Origin: Negaprion brevirostris
Taxonomy: Eukaryota
Length of the DNA stretch: 64,000 nucleotides
NCBI GenBank assembly: GCA_030324005.1
Contig: JARDVH010000193.1
Location: 82,539,012-82,603,011 of the forward strand
Direction: 5' to 3'
The first letter of the stretch is position 1. Each line of letters starts with the position of its first letter. The position numbers and the translations under genes are program-made. Below the pieces are notes generated by a model, which searched no databases, had not been told where the DNA came from, and saw only the letters and a list, made by a program, of their open reading frames with translations. Shown here piece by piece: positions 62,431-64,000 of this stretch.

Positions 62431-62572
62431 TCTACTTTTTCTTTACATTTACTTTAGTCTTACTTTAATATTCTGCTCCTCTATTCTTCCTGCCAAAATG
62501 CATAATTTCACATTTTCTTGCCAGGTTTTTGCCCAATCACTTAACGTGCCTATATCCCTCTGTAGACTCATT

Positions 62573-63762
62573 GGGCAGAATTTTACCATCGCATTGTGCC
62601 CATTTTCAAGCACAAAAAAATGGTAAAGTCAGGCGTGAGATGATTAGTGCGACCTGTGCCCGTTATTGCCCCAGTTCCCACATTACAAAGGGAAAAAAAA
62701 TTGACATGAACAGGAGCTGTCCAAAATGGGCGCAATGTGAATTAAAACATTTTTGCATTCATCTCAATGCAATTATTGAGCTGCACGCCCCATTTACCAG
62801 CTCGCCTGTCTTTACCACCTCGTTGGCTCCAGTTGGATTGGTCTGGAAACTACTTCCTTTTTTCTGGCACTCCATCAGTGAGGGTTAGTGAGGAGGTAAA
62901 TGTCTACCATTGGACAGCTCCATGGTGCTCACAGAGGGTTGTTTCATGGTGGCCATGTTGTGTTACAGGTCAGAAGGGGTTTGCACGTGTGTGGGGGGTG
63001 GGAAGAGGCTTTTGCTGACCATGGTGTCTGATGTCTGTTTTTCAGCATGGACCCAGATCTCAGCACTGACCTGGGGATGCTGCTGGGTAGTAATGCATGT
63101 AACACTGTTGCNNNNNNNNNNNNNNNNNNNNNNNNNNNNNNNNNNNNNNNNNNNNNNNNNNNNNNNNNNNNNNNNNNNNNNNNNNNNNNNNNNNNNNNNN
63201 NNNNNNNNNNNCACTGTTGCAGCTGGTGCAGCTTACAACCCTTTGAAGTGGCAGTGCTGCAGCCTCTGGATTTCCCAAACAGCACTGTCAGTGGTCACTA
63301 CTGGGCGGAGGATGGGAGCGGGGGCAGTGTTGCTGGCAGGCTAATGGGGGCAGTGGGGAACGCTGCCACTTTGACTGTGGTGGAGGCACTGCCTGCTATC
63401 GGCGGGGGAAGGGGGCCATGATTGGTCTGGATGGCAGGGGAGCTGGGGAGATGAGAGGGTCAGTAATGTTGGGTGGTGTCCAGTATCAGTGGAGGCCAGG
63501 GGAAGGCATTATACTGCCCAGGAAGCGGAGCTGCATTATTATTTTTTCTGCTCATGCGCAGTTGGAGGCTCCGATCAGAGTTGCAGGCTTTTGGGTGTGT
63601 TAAGCTCCACCCATAGGCATCTACAGCGAGTAATGGATTCGCTCAAAATTTTGCAGCCGGAGTGCAAATGGGGGGGCCGAAAATGTGCCCAAAAAGTGGA
63701 TCTGAAACCATCTCAGTTCCACGCTTGCCCAGCACTTAGACAAAAAATGGTAAAATACCGCC
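62573..63762. mobile_element. Family A element, long variant
   Basis: TIRs GGGCAGAATTTTACCAT / ATGGTAAAATACCGCC; splits the CR1 between ..GTAGACTCATT and ..TGTGTCATCC. Confidence 0.85.
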
Positions 63763-64000
63763 TAATGTGTCATCCACATCACTTGCCTTCCAACCAATTT
63801 TTGTGTCATTCCACAAACTTGGTAATAGTACATTTACATCCCTCGTCCAAGTCATTGATATAGATTGTAAATAATTGAAGCCTCAGCACTGTTCTCTGTG
63901 GTTGCCATCCTGAAAATGCCGCTATTATCCCAATTCTCTGTCTTCAATCGGTTAGTTAATCTTCCATCCTTGCTAATATAGAACCTCCCACATCCTTGGC

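Larger units (their letters stand above)
61620..64000 (-). mobile_element. CR1 LINE fragmented by a CR1 tail, a SINE and a family A MITE
   Basis: 3' tail at 61620-61740; RT-region sequence at 61895-62180, 62460-62572 and 63763-64000 is collinear. Confidence 0.8.

Overview
Vertebrate genomic DNA from a gapped draft assembly. The repeat complement (HE1/V-SINE-like, DeuSINE/SacSINE1-like, HER1/CR1-like) points to a cartilaginous fish (shark); this is inferred from recalled repeat consensus sequences, not a database search. I found no intact host protein-coding gene, tRNA or rRNA. Most of the window is layered, decayed transposable elements: many CR1 LINE fragments; Tx1, Rex/Babar, L2, RTE-like and Penelope-like remnants; a Gypsy gag-protease relic with a tRNA-Leu primer-binding site; at least five Harbinger Myb/SANT gene relics and one Harbinger transposase relic; two Harbinger-type MITE families; three SINE families; and a complex minisatellite. 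Between them lie AT-rich, repeat-free islands with homeodomain/Meis/RFX-type motifs that look like conserved non-coding elements of a gene desert or large intron. I cannot support a new biological system. The most unexplained signals are a 71-bp inverted repeat pair (50898-52064), two TSD-flanked palindromic Penelope-derived elements with a possible hammerhead core, and a hairpin-rich putative RTE 5' UTR split by the minisatellite. Element boundaries are approximate unless a motif is quoted.
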